Of a stretch of 64,000 bases of DNA, positions 31,845 through 40,543 are shown one piece after another. Position 1 is the stretch's first letter. Each line of letters begins with the position of its first letter. This stretch comes from an uncultured Bacteroides sp. GTDB lineage: Bacteria; Bacteroidota; Bacteroidia; G022818785. The DNA lies in the NCBI GenBank assembly GCA_964620755.1, contig CAZUHH010000008.1, positions 19,650 to 83,649 of the forward strand, read 5' to 3'. Both the position numbers and the translations under genes were made by a program. The notes below the pieces were generated by a model. It made no database searches, was not told the DNA's origin, and saw nothing but the letters and a program-made list of their open reading frames with translations.

Positions 31845-31985
31845 AAAATTGTTTTATAAATAATATTAATAATATATATTTGTAGTTTATATATATTAAC
31901 ATTGATAAATAGTATCATTGATTTTATTGTATATGTATTGTTTTTAATTATATAATGTTAACACAAAAACTATATTATATCCGCT

Positions 31986-34094
31986 ATGAGTATATTTTAC
32001 AATAATGTCCTACTTGCAATAATTATATCCGGATTTATTGGATTAATATATATTTTATTAAAATATATATGGATATGCAAACAAGATAAAGGTAATAATG
32101 CTATGCAAGAAATTGCAAAACACATAGAAGAAGGTGCCATGACTTTTTTAAAATCAGAATGGCAAATATTATTTTACTTTGTATTGTTATTTTCAATTAT
32201 TTTAGGTTGGTCTGGTACATTAATAAACAATTCTAGTTATATTATAGGTATTACTTTTATTATTGGGGCTATAGCATCAGCTCTTTCGGGATATATAGGT
32301 ATGAAAATAGCTACTAAAGCTAATTTAAGAACAGCATATGCAGCTAAATTAAATTTAAAAAAAGCTTTTAATATATCATTTTTAGGAGGATCAGTGATGG
32401 GTGTTGGAGTTTCTAGTATTGCTATTATTGGATTAAGTATAATATTTATGATATTATCTAATATATATATTAATTCATCTATAGAATTAAAAGGATTTCA
32501 AATAGAAAAAATACTGGAAGTTTTATCTGGTTTTTCACTAGGAGCTGAAACAATAGCCTTGTTTTCCCGTGTAGGTGGAGGTATTTATACAAAAGCTGCT
32601 GATGTTGGAGCAGATTTAGTAGGTAAATTAGAGTTTAACATACCAGAAGACGATCTAAGAAATCCTGCATCTATAGCCGATAATGTCGGTGATAATGTAG
32701 GAGATATTGCAGGTATGGGAGCTGATTTATTTGGTTCATATGTTTCTACAATAGTTGCTGCAATGATTTTAGGAAAAGAAGTTATATCTGATCAAATAGA
32801 TAACATAATTCTTGTTATATTGCCTATGATTATAGCAAGTATAGGTCTCATATCTACTATATTGAGTATTTATATAACAAAATTAAAAAAAGAATCTATT
32901 GATACAGTTCAAAAAACATTGAATATAGCTAATTGGACATCTATTTTATTAACTATGATAATATTATTTGGTATAATAAAATTTATAATACCATATAATT
33001 TACTAATGAGAAATTACACATTTACTAATATGGATATATATTATTCAATGGTAGTAGGACTAATAGTAGGTATATTAATTACTGCTGTAACAGAATATTA
33101 TACATCAATTAATCAAAGACCTGTTAATTTTATTATCAAACAATCAATTACTGGACATGCTACTAATATTATGGGCGGATTATCTATGGGTATGGAATCT
33201 ACTGCATTATCAGTATTGATATTATCTTGTGGAATATATATAGCTTATTATTTTTCTGGATTATATGGTGTAGCTATTGCTGCATCTAGTATGATGTCAA
33301 ATACAGCTATGCAATTAACTATTGATGCTTTTGGCCCAATAGCTGACAATGCAGGAGGTATTATACAAATGAGTAACACAGAACTTATTGCTCGATCTAG
33401 AACTGATATATTAGATTCTGTAGGTAATACTACTGCTGCTACTGGTAAAGGATTTGCCTTGGCTTCTGCAGCATTAACTTCGTTGGCATTATTTGCTGCA
33501 TTTGTAGATATGTCTGGTATTGAAAGTATAGATATTTATAAAGCAGATGTGTTCATTTTATTATTAATAGGAGGCATGATACCTTTTTTATTTTCTTCTA
33601 TATGTATTTCTGCAGTAAGTAATGCTGCTATGAAAATGGTATATGAAATAAGAAGACAATTTTCTATTAATGATATAATGACATTTAAAAAGAATCCTGA
33701 TTATAATAAATGTATTGATATTGCTACAAAAGCATCTTTATATCAAATGATTATTCCTGGATCTATAGCATTTGTAACACCTATATTAGTAGGTTTTACA
33801 ATGGGAGCAGAATCACTTGGTAGTTTAATAGCTGGCATTACAATATCTGGTGTATTATTAGGTTTTTTTCAAAATAACGCTGGGGGAGCTTGGGATAATG
33901 CAAAAAAATCATTTGAAAATGGTATTATTATTGATAAAAAAAAATATACAAAAAAATCAAATGCTTATAAGGCATCTATTACAGGAGATACAGTAGGAGA
34001 TCCATTGAAAGACACATCAGGACCTTCTATGAATATTTTAATTAAAATAGTTTCAATAATAGCTCTTATTATAGCACCTCATATTAAAAGATAA
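31986..34094 (+). CDS. hppA: Membrane-integral cation-translocating pyrophosphatase (K+-dependent subfamily signature)
   Basis: 702-aa polytopic protein. Motifs GGGIYTKAADVGADLVGK, DNVGDNVGDIAGMGADLF, GNTTAATGKGFA, GDTVGDPLKDTSGPS. Confidence 0.95.
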   Translation: MSIFYNNVLLAIIISGFIGLIYILLKYIWICKQDKGNNAMQEIAKHIEEGAMTFLKSEWQILFYFVLLFSIILGWSGTLINNSSYIIGITFIIGAIASALSGYIGMKIATKANLRTAYAAKLNLKKAFNISFLGGSVMGVGVSSIAIIGLSIIFMILSNIYINSSIELKGFQIEKILEVLSGFSLGAETIALFSRVGGGIYTKAADVGADLVGKLEFNIPEDDLRNPASIADNVGDNVGDIAGMGADLFGSYVSTIVAAMILGKEVISDQIDNIILVILPMIIASIGLISTILSIYITKLKKESIDTVQKTLNIANWTSILLTMIILFGIIKFIIPYNLLMRNYTFTNMDIYYSMVVGLIVGILITAVTEYYTSINQRPVNFIIKQSITGHATNIMGGLSMGMESTALSVLILSCGIYIAYYFSGLYGVAIAASSMMSNTAMQLTIDAFGPIADNAGGIIQMSNTELIARSRTDILDSVGNTTAATGKGFALASAALTSLALFAAFVDMSGIESIDIYKADVFILLLIGGMIPFLFSSICISAVSNAAMKMVYEIRRQFSINDIMTFKKNPDYNKCIDIATKASLYQMIIPGSIAFVTPILVGFTMGAESLGSLIAGITISGVLLGFFQNNAGGAWDNAKKSFENGIIIDKKKYTKKSNAYKASITGDTVGDPLKDTSGPSMNILIKIVSIIALIIAPHIKR

Positions 34095-34097
34095 TAA

Positions 34098-34268
34098 TTA
34101 TTTTTTAATTTTATTATTATTACTATTTGTTTCTTTTATACCATTAGATGCATTTTTAAACTCTCGTATACCTTCACCTAATCCTCTCATAAGTTCAGGT
34201 ATTTTTTTGCCTCCAAATAATAACAATATAGCCATACTTATAAGCAATATTTCTTGTGTGCCTATCAT
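34098..34268 (-). CDS. tatA: Twin-arginine translocase subunit TatA/E (56 aa, absent from the ORF track)
   Basis: Reverse complement gives [56 protein letters not shown]: a TM helix, the FGG-KK-IPEL hinge and an amphipathic helix. ATG at 34268. The TAA stop lies 3 nt from the convergent hppA stop. Confidence 0.8.
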   Translation of the reverse strand: MIGTQEILLISMAILLLFGGKKIPELMRGLGEGIREFKNASNGIKETNSNNNKIKK

Positions 34269-34342
34269 AATTTTATAATATTATACTTGTGTATATTCTA
34301 TAACATCATTAAAATAATTATTATTTTTAATTTATACAAATT

Positions 34343-34921
34343 TCATATAAAACATCTTATGGGATTAATCAGATGGCTATTTTTTGTAATAATTAATTTC
34401 ATTATTCTTATTTTATGTGAATATTTTTTAATAGTACCTATTCTTTGTCCTGGTGATATTAATTCATTTTCAATACAAAGTGTTTTTTCAATATTAGAAT
34501 ATATAGAAAAATATATACCATGTTTTATAATTATAGATATATCATATTTATTATAACTAATAATTTTATATATTACTCCATAAAAAATAGATTGAGCATA
34601 ATCATTATAATAAGTTGCAATATCAATACCTGGATTATAAAACTGAATATTTTGTAGTAAAAAGTGATTATTTAGTCCAAATGAATTTATAATAAATCCA
34701 TTGGTAACTGGCCAAAACATTTTACCAAAATTATTAGAAAATTCTTTAGATAATTTTTTTTCATACAAATTGGCATATTGGTGATAAAATATTTTATTTG
34801 TATTTATAGATATATTATTTGATATATTATTATATACCATAAAAAATAATATTAAAAATTGTACTTTTAATATAAAATTGAAAAAATATTTAAAATAACT
34901 AAATATAGTAGAACATATCAT
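34343..34921 (-). CDS. M23/LytM-domain protein with substituted catalytic residues (probable non-catalytic LytM factor)
   Basis: 192 aa. LytM layout WPV.NGFI...FG...NPGIDIA...GVIYKI...IIIKHG..FSIYSNI....I.PGQRIGTI. The His of HxGxD is Asn and the C-terminal HxH is H-K-I. Confidence 0.65.
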   Translation of the reverse strand: MICSTIFSYFKYFFNFILKVQFLILFFMVYNNISNNISINTNKIFYHQYANLYEKKLSKEFSNNFGKMFWPVTNGFIINSFGLNNHFLLQNIQFYNPGIDIATYYNDYAQSIFYGVIYKIISYNKYDISIIIKHGIYFSIYSNIEKTLCIENELISPGQRIGTIKKYSHKIRIMKLIITKNSHLINPIRCFI

Positions 34922-34925
34922 TATT

Positions 34926-36398
34926 TCAATCTAAAATTTTATATAAATTATTCTTTTCTGTACTATACAGATATAGTATATATAATATTAACAATATATT
35001 ACTATATATAATATGATAATTAATTAAAAAACATATAATTAATGAAATAATTAAAGCAATTGCAATATGAAGAATATTATTTTTAATATCATATGGTATA
35101 TAGTATTTTTTATTACCAAAATAATAAGATATAATAGTCATTATGAAATAAGTTATTAAAGAACTCCAAGATGAACCATAATAGCTGTATTTAGGTATTA
35201 AAATATAATTTAGAAATAGAGTCAATATTGTTCCTATACATGATATATAAAATCCATATCTAGTACTATCAGACAATTTATACCACATAGAAATATTAGA
35301 ATATATTCCTAAAAATACATAGCTTAATAATAAAATAGGCACTACTGGTAATCCTTCCCAATATACTACATCTATTAGATATTTTAATATGGAAATATTT
35401 GCTATAATAGCAATATAAATAGCACATATTATCATAATAAAATATTTCATTATTATACCATAAAATTTTTTAGCATTGTTAAATTTTAAACAATTAAAAA
35501 AAAACGGCTCCATTCCTAATCTAAATGCTTGAATAAATATATTAATAAATATAGCTAATTTAGAACATGCTCCAAAAACACCTAATTCTTGTAAACTTAT
35601 ATTACTAGGTAACATTATACTTATCAAAATACGACTAGCGTTTTCATTAATATTAAAAAACAAATTAACAAATAATAATGGAAAACTGTATTTTAACATC
35701 TCTTTTAAGAGCTTTAAATTAATTTTAAATTCAAAATTAATCATTTCATGAATTAATATTACAAATGTAATAAAACTAGCAATAACATTAGAAATAAAAA
35801 CATAACCAATCCAATTAGATTTATAGTTATTGCTTAAAAAATCATGCATATATAATTTATTTTTAATAATATATGGTATAACTATAATAAATACAGTATT
35901 CATTAATATTAATATAATAACATTAGATATTTTAACAATATTATATTTTACAGGTCTTTTTTCAATTCTTATTTTAGCTAAATTTATTATAGATAGAACA
36001 TCTAAAAAAACAATTATTATTATATATTTTATAAAAGTTTTATATTCTTGTGCACTAATATTTGATTTAGACATTATTCTTGCTATAAAATCAATATTCA
36101 AAATACATAAAATTGAAAATATACTAGCTATAAAAAACAAAAATATAAAAATATTGAAATGAACTGATTTGTAATATTTATTTTCTTGTATAAATCTGAA
36201 ATATGCTGTTTCCATACCAAATGTTAATACAGAATTTATAATAGATATCCAACTATATACTTCTGTAAAAATACCATAAATTTCCTTAGAATATATTCTA
36301 GTATATAATGGTGTTAATAAAAGTATTGATAATCTAGAAATAACAGAATATACTATATAAGTACTAGTTTGTTTAAAAAAATCTTTATAAATAAGCAC
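34926..36398 (-). CDS. MOP-superfamily flippase (polysaccharide / lipid-linked oligosaccharide exporter, Wzx/MurJ-like)
   Basis: 490 aa with about 12-14 TM helices. The N-terminal block SRLSILLLTPLYTRIYSKEIYG is typical of polysaccharide biosynthesis protein family members. GTG start at 36398 and no early in-frame ATG. Confidence 0.65.
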   Translation of the reverse strand: MLIYKDFFKQTSTYIVYSVISRLSILLLTPLYTRIYSKEIYGIFTEVYSWISIINSVLTFGMETAYFRFIQENKYYKSVHFNIFIFLFFIASIFSILCILNIDFIARIMSKSNISAQEYKTFIKYIIIIVFLDVLSIINLAKIRIEKRPVKYNIVKISNVIILILMNTVFIIVIPYIIKNKLYMHDFLSNNYKSNWIGYVFISNVIASFITFVILIHEMINFEFKINLKLLKEMLKYSFPLLFVNLFFNINENASRILISIMLPSNISLQELGVFGACSKLAIFINIFIQAFRLGMEPFFFNCLKFNNAKKFYGIIMKYFIMIICAIYIAIIANISILKYLIDVVYWEGLPVVPILLLSYVFLGIYSNISMWYKLSDSTRYGFYISCIGTILTLFLNYILIPKYSYYGSSWSSLITYFIMTIISYYFGNKKYYIPYDIKNNILHIAIALIISLIICFLINYHIIYSNILLILYILYLYSTEKNNLYKILD

Positions 36399-36473
36399 TG
36401 TGACAGTGTTTTAATTGCTAATTATTATGAAAATTGATTATTAAATATATAATAATTCATAACTAATCCATAA

Positions 36474-37667
36474 TTAATTTTTTTTAACAATAATTTTTAC
36501 TTTGCTTTTATTTGTTAACAATATATTATTAGTTATATTAGTTATCAAATTAATACCTGGATTTAATCCTATTTTTAATTTTCCTAAGTCGTTCCATTCA
36601 AAAAAATTAGCTGGATTTATAGTACACCATTTTAATAATTGTTCAGTTTTTATAAAAGGATAATAATATTGTAAAGTTATCATTTCAGATAAAATACTTA
36701 ATTTGTCGTTAGATGCATATCCATCAGTTCCTAATAATATATTTTTATTATTAAACATATATTTAGCAGGTAAAATATTATTAATATATAAATTAGCATT
36801 GGGGCAAAAACACCAGTAAACATTACATGTGTTATTAGCAAAAATCATATCATTATAAGATGTGTAAGTATTATGCACTAATAATATTTTACGATTCTTT
36901 AACCAATTTAAATATGTTTTTATAGAAGTTTTATTATAAATTTTAATATTATTTATATCATATTTTAATTTTTGATATAAATCTATCATATCTCCCTTTT
37001 TATATTTAAATAATATATTTTCTGAATTTGATTCTTGATTATGTATTGTAATGATATTATAGTTAATTAACTTTTTTTTATATGATAAATAATTACTATT
37101 ATCACCTATATATTTTAACATTTTTTCAGAAACAGAATATGGCGAATGAGGAGTTATAGATATATTTAAGTTACGGCAATTAGTAATATTAAGAAATTTT
37201 TTAAATTTATTTTCAATATATAGAGGTATTAAATCAATTATTTCCATAAAAGTGTGATATTTTATTGTTTTTGATTGATTTTTAATTTTGAATGAATCAA
37301 GTGTATTTGTAATATCTGCAACAGCTACAATACCTTCTTTTATCATTTCAAGGTGGGCTTTTTCTATATATCTATTTTTATATGCAAAAAAATATTTTTT
37401 ATTTAAATATTCTTTAATAGAAAGAATAAAATTTTTCAATCCTATATGTTTTTTAATTTTATTTTTTAAATATGATAATTCTATATGACAATGAGAATTT
37501 ATAAATCCAGGTGTTAATATCCCTTTATAAATTTCTATATTTTTATAATTTTTATAAGGATTAAATGGTAAAATATCAATAATAAAATTATCATTATTAA
37601 CAACAATAATTTTATTATTAGATATTTTGTATCCATCAAATAAATAATCAGCTTTGATAATTCTCAT
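36474..37667 (-). CDS. Amidohydrolase-superfamily protein, candidate aminodeoxyfutalosine deaminase
   Basis: 397 aa. N-terminal metal motif PGFINSHCHIELS (HxH). Overlaps the upstream MqnD-like gene by 20 nt in the same orientation. The specific function is inferred from context only. Confidence 0.55.
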   Translation of the reverse strand: MRIIKADYLFDGYKISNNKIIVVNNDNFIIDILPFNPYKNYKNIEIYKGILTPGFINSHCHIELSYLKNKIKKHIGLKNFILSIKEYLNKKYFFAYKNRYIEKAHLEMIKEGIVAVADITNTLDSFKIKNQSKTIKYHTFMEIIDLIPLYIENKFKKFLNITNCRNLNISITPHSPYSVSEKMLKYIGDNSNYLSYKKKLINYNIITIHNQESNSENILFKYKKGDMIDLYQKLKYDINNIKIYNKTSIKTYLNWLKNRKILLVHNTYTSYNDMIFANNTCNVYWCFCPNANLYINNILPAKYMFNNKNILLGTDGYASNDKLSILSEMITLQYYYPFIKTEQLLKWCTINPANFFEWNDLGKLKIGLNPGINLITNITNNILLTNKSKVKIIVKKN

Positions 37668-38499
37668 TTGTAAAAAATAAATTACTATAACAAAATTTAG
37701 TATTTATTAGTGTTTTATTTAAAATATTAAACATTTTACAAACAGCATTATATTTAATATCATTATTGCTGATATAATTTTTACTTACATATAACTTTAT
37801 ATATTGATCAATAATATTGATATTATTTATAGAAGATTTTGTTTGTATATATTTTAAAACTTTTCCGTAATGTTTATAACTATATTGTAAACTATCATTA
37901 ATCATATTATTTATAATATATTTTAGTTTATTATTAATAGATTTTTTGATACATATACACCCTAATGGAATTGGATAATTAGTTTTTTGTGTCCAAAATT
38001 GACCCAAATCTATTATTTTAACTAAATTTTTATCTAAATAATTGAATCTAGACTCATGAATTAATAAGCCTAAATCAACATTTTCATTAATAATATTATT
38101 TTCTATTTCAGAATATAATATTTCCTTTGTTTTAAAGATTGTACTAAATTTAAATTTTAAAAGGAAATTTGCTGTGGTATATTTACCAGGTATACCTATT
38201 AAAATATCTTTTTTATCAAAGCTAAAATTATCTTTTCCAACTAATAAAGGACCATAACCGAATCCTAGAGCACTTCCTGATTTCAATGCAATATATTTAT
38301 TTAATACATAATAATATGTCAAATAACTAATTTTAGCAATATCTAAATATTCTGTTTTTAAAATTTGATTATTAATAGTTGTAATATCATTGAAGATAAA
38401 ATTAAAATTTATATTATAATGTTTAATTTTATTTTCTAATAAGCCATAAAATATAAAAAGATCATTAGGACATGTTGATATTGATATGTTAAATTTCAT
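37648..38499 (-). CDS. mqnD: 1,4-dihydroxy-6-naphthoate synthase (MqnD; VitK2_biosynth family)
   Basis: 283 aa. N-terminal STCPNDLFIFYGL, plus LLIHESRFNY and IIDLGQFWTQKTNYPIPLG, match MqnD rather than MqnA as I recall the two. Confidence 0.7.
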   Translation of the reverse strand: MKFNISISTCPNDLFIFYGLLENKIKHYNINFNFIFNDITTINNQILKTEYLDIAKISYLTYYYVLNKYIALKSGSALGFGYGPLLVGKDNFSFDKKDILIGIPGKYTTANFLLKFKFSTIFKTKEILYSEIENNIINENVDLGLLIHESRFNYLDKNLVKIIDLGQFWTQKTNYPIPLGCICIKKSINNKLKYIINNMINDSLQYSYKHYGKVLKYIQTKSSINNINIIDQYIKLYVSKNYISNNDIKYNAVCKMFNILNKTLINTKFCYSNLFFTNENYQS

Positions 38500-39104
38500 A
38501 ATTGCATAATATTTGAAATATAATAATGTAAATTTTGAACTGCTAATTTAATATTCCATTTACTAGTATCACGATTTAATACATAATTAGATATACCTCT
38601 AATTTGATAGAATAAAATTTTTAAATTCATACATATATAAAAAATAGAAGCACCTTCCATACTTTCTATATCTACTTTATATTGTTGTCTAATTTTATTT
38701 ATTGTTTTTTCATCACCGCTTGCACTATTAACAGTGATTCCACTAGCTTGTTTACAATCATTTAATAAATTATTATTAAATAATATTTTATTGCAAAATG
38801 GAAATTTATTTTTATCAAGTAATTTAAGATCAAAAATATCAATAAACTTATTTTTATTTTCCGATCCTAAATCTGCTAACACTTCACTAGTTACTTGTAC
38901 TACATCACCTATATTAATATTTTTATTAAAACTACCTGCTATACCAATATTAATTACACAGTCATAATTTTCAGACATTAATTTATGTGTAAGATGATAT
39001 GTAGTCAAAGTTTGCCCAATTCCTGTTACTAAAGTATTAATATTACGATCATAATATAAATTTGATAATTCATATTTCGTTGCTGCAACAAATAAAATTT
39101 TCAT
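38496..39104 (-). CDS. mqnB: Futalosine hydrolase (MqnB; PNP/UDP phosphorylase-fold nucleosidase)
   Basis: 202 aa. MKILFVAATKYE, GIGQTLTTYHL, CVINIGIAGSF, ESMEGASI. 4-nt overlap with mqnD. Confidence 0.7.
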   Translation of the reverse strand: MKILFVAATKYELSNLYYDRNINTLVTGIGQTLTTYHLTHKLMSENYDCVINIGIAGSFNKNINIGDVVQVTSEVLADLGSENKNKFIDIFDLKLLDKNKFPFCNKILFNNNLLNDCKQASGITVNSASGDEKTINKIRQQYKVDIESMEGASIFYICMNLKILFYQIRGISNYVLNRDTSKWNIKLAVQNLHYYISNIMQL

Positions 39105-39161
39105 AAAAATATATATATTTTATATCTAAAATGTATATATTATTATATAAATTATAATAAA

Positions 39162-40088
39162 ATGAAACATAAAAATGCATTTATTTTTCCAGGGCAAGGA
39201 GTTCAATATTTAGGAATGGGAAAACATATGTATAATAATTATTCTTTAGCTAAACATATTTTTGAGCATGCTGATAATATTATGAAATTTAAATTTACTC
39301 AAATAATGTTCTCTGCTTCTTTAAACAAATTAACTAAAACCAACATAGCTCAACCAGCAATATTTTTAAATTCTATTATATCTTATTATATTTATATTAA
39401 TAAAACTAAAATAATACCAGATATGATGGCTGGACATTCTTTAGGTGAAATAACTGCTTTAGTAGCCAGTGAAATTATATCATTTGAACAAGGGTTGTTA
39501 TTAGTTTGCAAAAGAGCTAATATTATGGCTATGAATTATAATTGTAGTAAATCTTTGATGGCTGTAATTATTGGATTACATTATATATCAATTCAAAATA
39601 TATGTAATATTATTAATAAACATTATAAAAATTTAATTGTTGTAATAGCCAATTATAATTCTTGTAAACAAGTTGTTATATCAGGTACAGAATTAGGAGT
39701 TAAAAAATTATGCGAAATATTAAAATTTTATAAAATTGCTAAATATTTTATTTTAAATGTTGATAAGGCATTTCATTCGCCATTAATGTATTATCATAAT
39801 ATAATTTTTAAAAATTTTTTACAAAATATTAAATTTAAAAAACCTAAATGTGAGATTTATCAAAATATTAGCGGTAAAGGAACTTATAATACAAATTTAA
39901 TAAGAAAAAATCTTTTTAATCATTTAGTTTATCCAGTACAATGGTACAAAACTATTAATAATATGATAAATAATGGAGCATATAATTTTTATGATGTAGG
40001 GCCTAAAAAAATATTATTTAATATTACAAAAGATATTTCTAGACATATTAATGCTTATAGTATTAATGATATATTAAATAATATTTAA
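39162..40088 (+). CDS. fabD: Malonyl CoA-ACP transacylase
   Basis: 308 aa. FPGQGVQYLGMG, nucleophile elbow GHSLGE, FHSPLM. Confidence 0.92.
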   Translation: MKHKNAFIFPGQGVQYLGMGKHMYNNYSLAKHIFEHADNIMKFKFTQIMFSASLNKLTKTNIAQPAIFLNSIISYYIYINKTKIIPDMMAGHSLGEITALVASEIISFEQGLLLVCKRANIMAMNYNCSKSLMAVIIGLHYISIQNICNIINKHYKNLIVVIANYNSCKQVVISGTELGVKKLCEILKFYKIAKYFILNVDKAFHSPLMYYHNIIFKNFLQNIKFKKPKCEIYQNISGKGTYNTNLIRKNLFNHLVYPVQWYKTINNMINNGAYNFYDVGPKKILFNITKDISRHINAYSINDILNNI

Positions 40089-40089
40089 A

Positions 40090-40395
40090 ATGATAAAAAA
40101 AATTATTTTCTTTTTATGTAAAAAAAAATATAAATATACCTTAATATTATTTTTTATATGGATTTTAATATTTGATAATAATAATTTATTTAATCAATTA
40201 AATAAATTATATATAATTAATAAATTATCAAATCAAAAAATATATTATATAAACAAAGTCAAAATATTAAATAATAATATTGAATTATTAAAAAGCAATA
40301 GTGCTTTAGAAAAATATGCAAGAGAATTGTTTTTTATGAAAAAAGATAATGAAGATATATTCGTTGTATTGTATCAGTCTAATGATAATGAATAA
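40090..40395 (+). CDS. FtsB/DivIC-type septum formation initiator family protein
   Basis: 101 aa. One TM helix followed by a coiled coil, and a C-terminal block ALEKYARELFFMKKDNEDIFV typical of the family. Confidence 0.6.
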   Translation: MIKKIIFFLCKKKYKYTLILFFIWILIFDNNNLFNQLNKLYIINKLSNQKIYYINKVKILNNNIELLKSNSALEKYARELFFMKKDNEDIFVVLYQSNDNE

Positions 40396-40543
40396 ATATT
40401 TATTTTTAATTATAATATAGCAATATTTATTTTGCATTTATATATTTTTATTTATTACCTTTGCTATATTGTATATTTTTGTCTTTTAATATACATAAAA
40501 TGTGTTTATTAGTTATAATTCCAGAAAATAAATTTTAATTTTT

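Noticed and set aside
31875-31882. Bacteroidota-type -7 promoter motif TAnnTTTG: TATATTTG upstream of hppA, and also TATTTTTG at 40474-40481 upstream of rho.
   Set aside because: At this A/T content the octamer is expected on the order of a hundred times by chance in the window. Neither site has a properly spaced -33 TTTG (spacings of about 23 and 10 nt). They are not distinguishable from background without transcription start-site data.
34254-34556. 100-aa + strand ORF spanning the tatA start and the 3' part of the LytM-like gene.
   Set aside because: It overlaps two better-supported minus-strand genes, begins at a non-ATG codon and is pure Ile/Phe/Leu low complexity. It is most likely an antisense artefact.
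36396-36408. Small hairpin CACTG-TGA-CAGTG overlapping the GTG start of the flippase gene.
   Set aside because: The stem is only 5 bp, too weak to argue for a terminator or translational control element.
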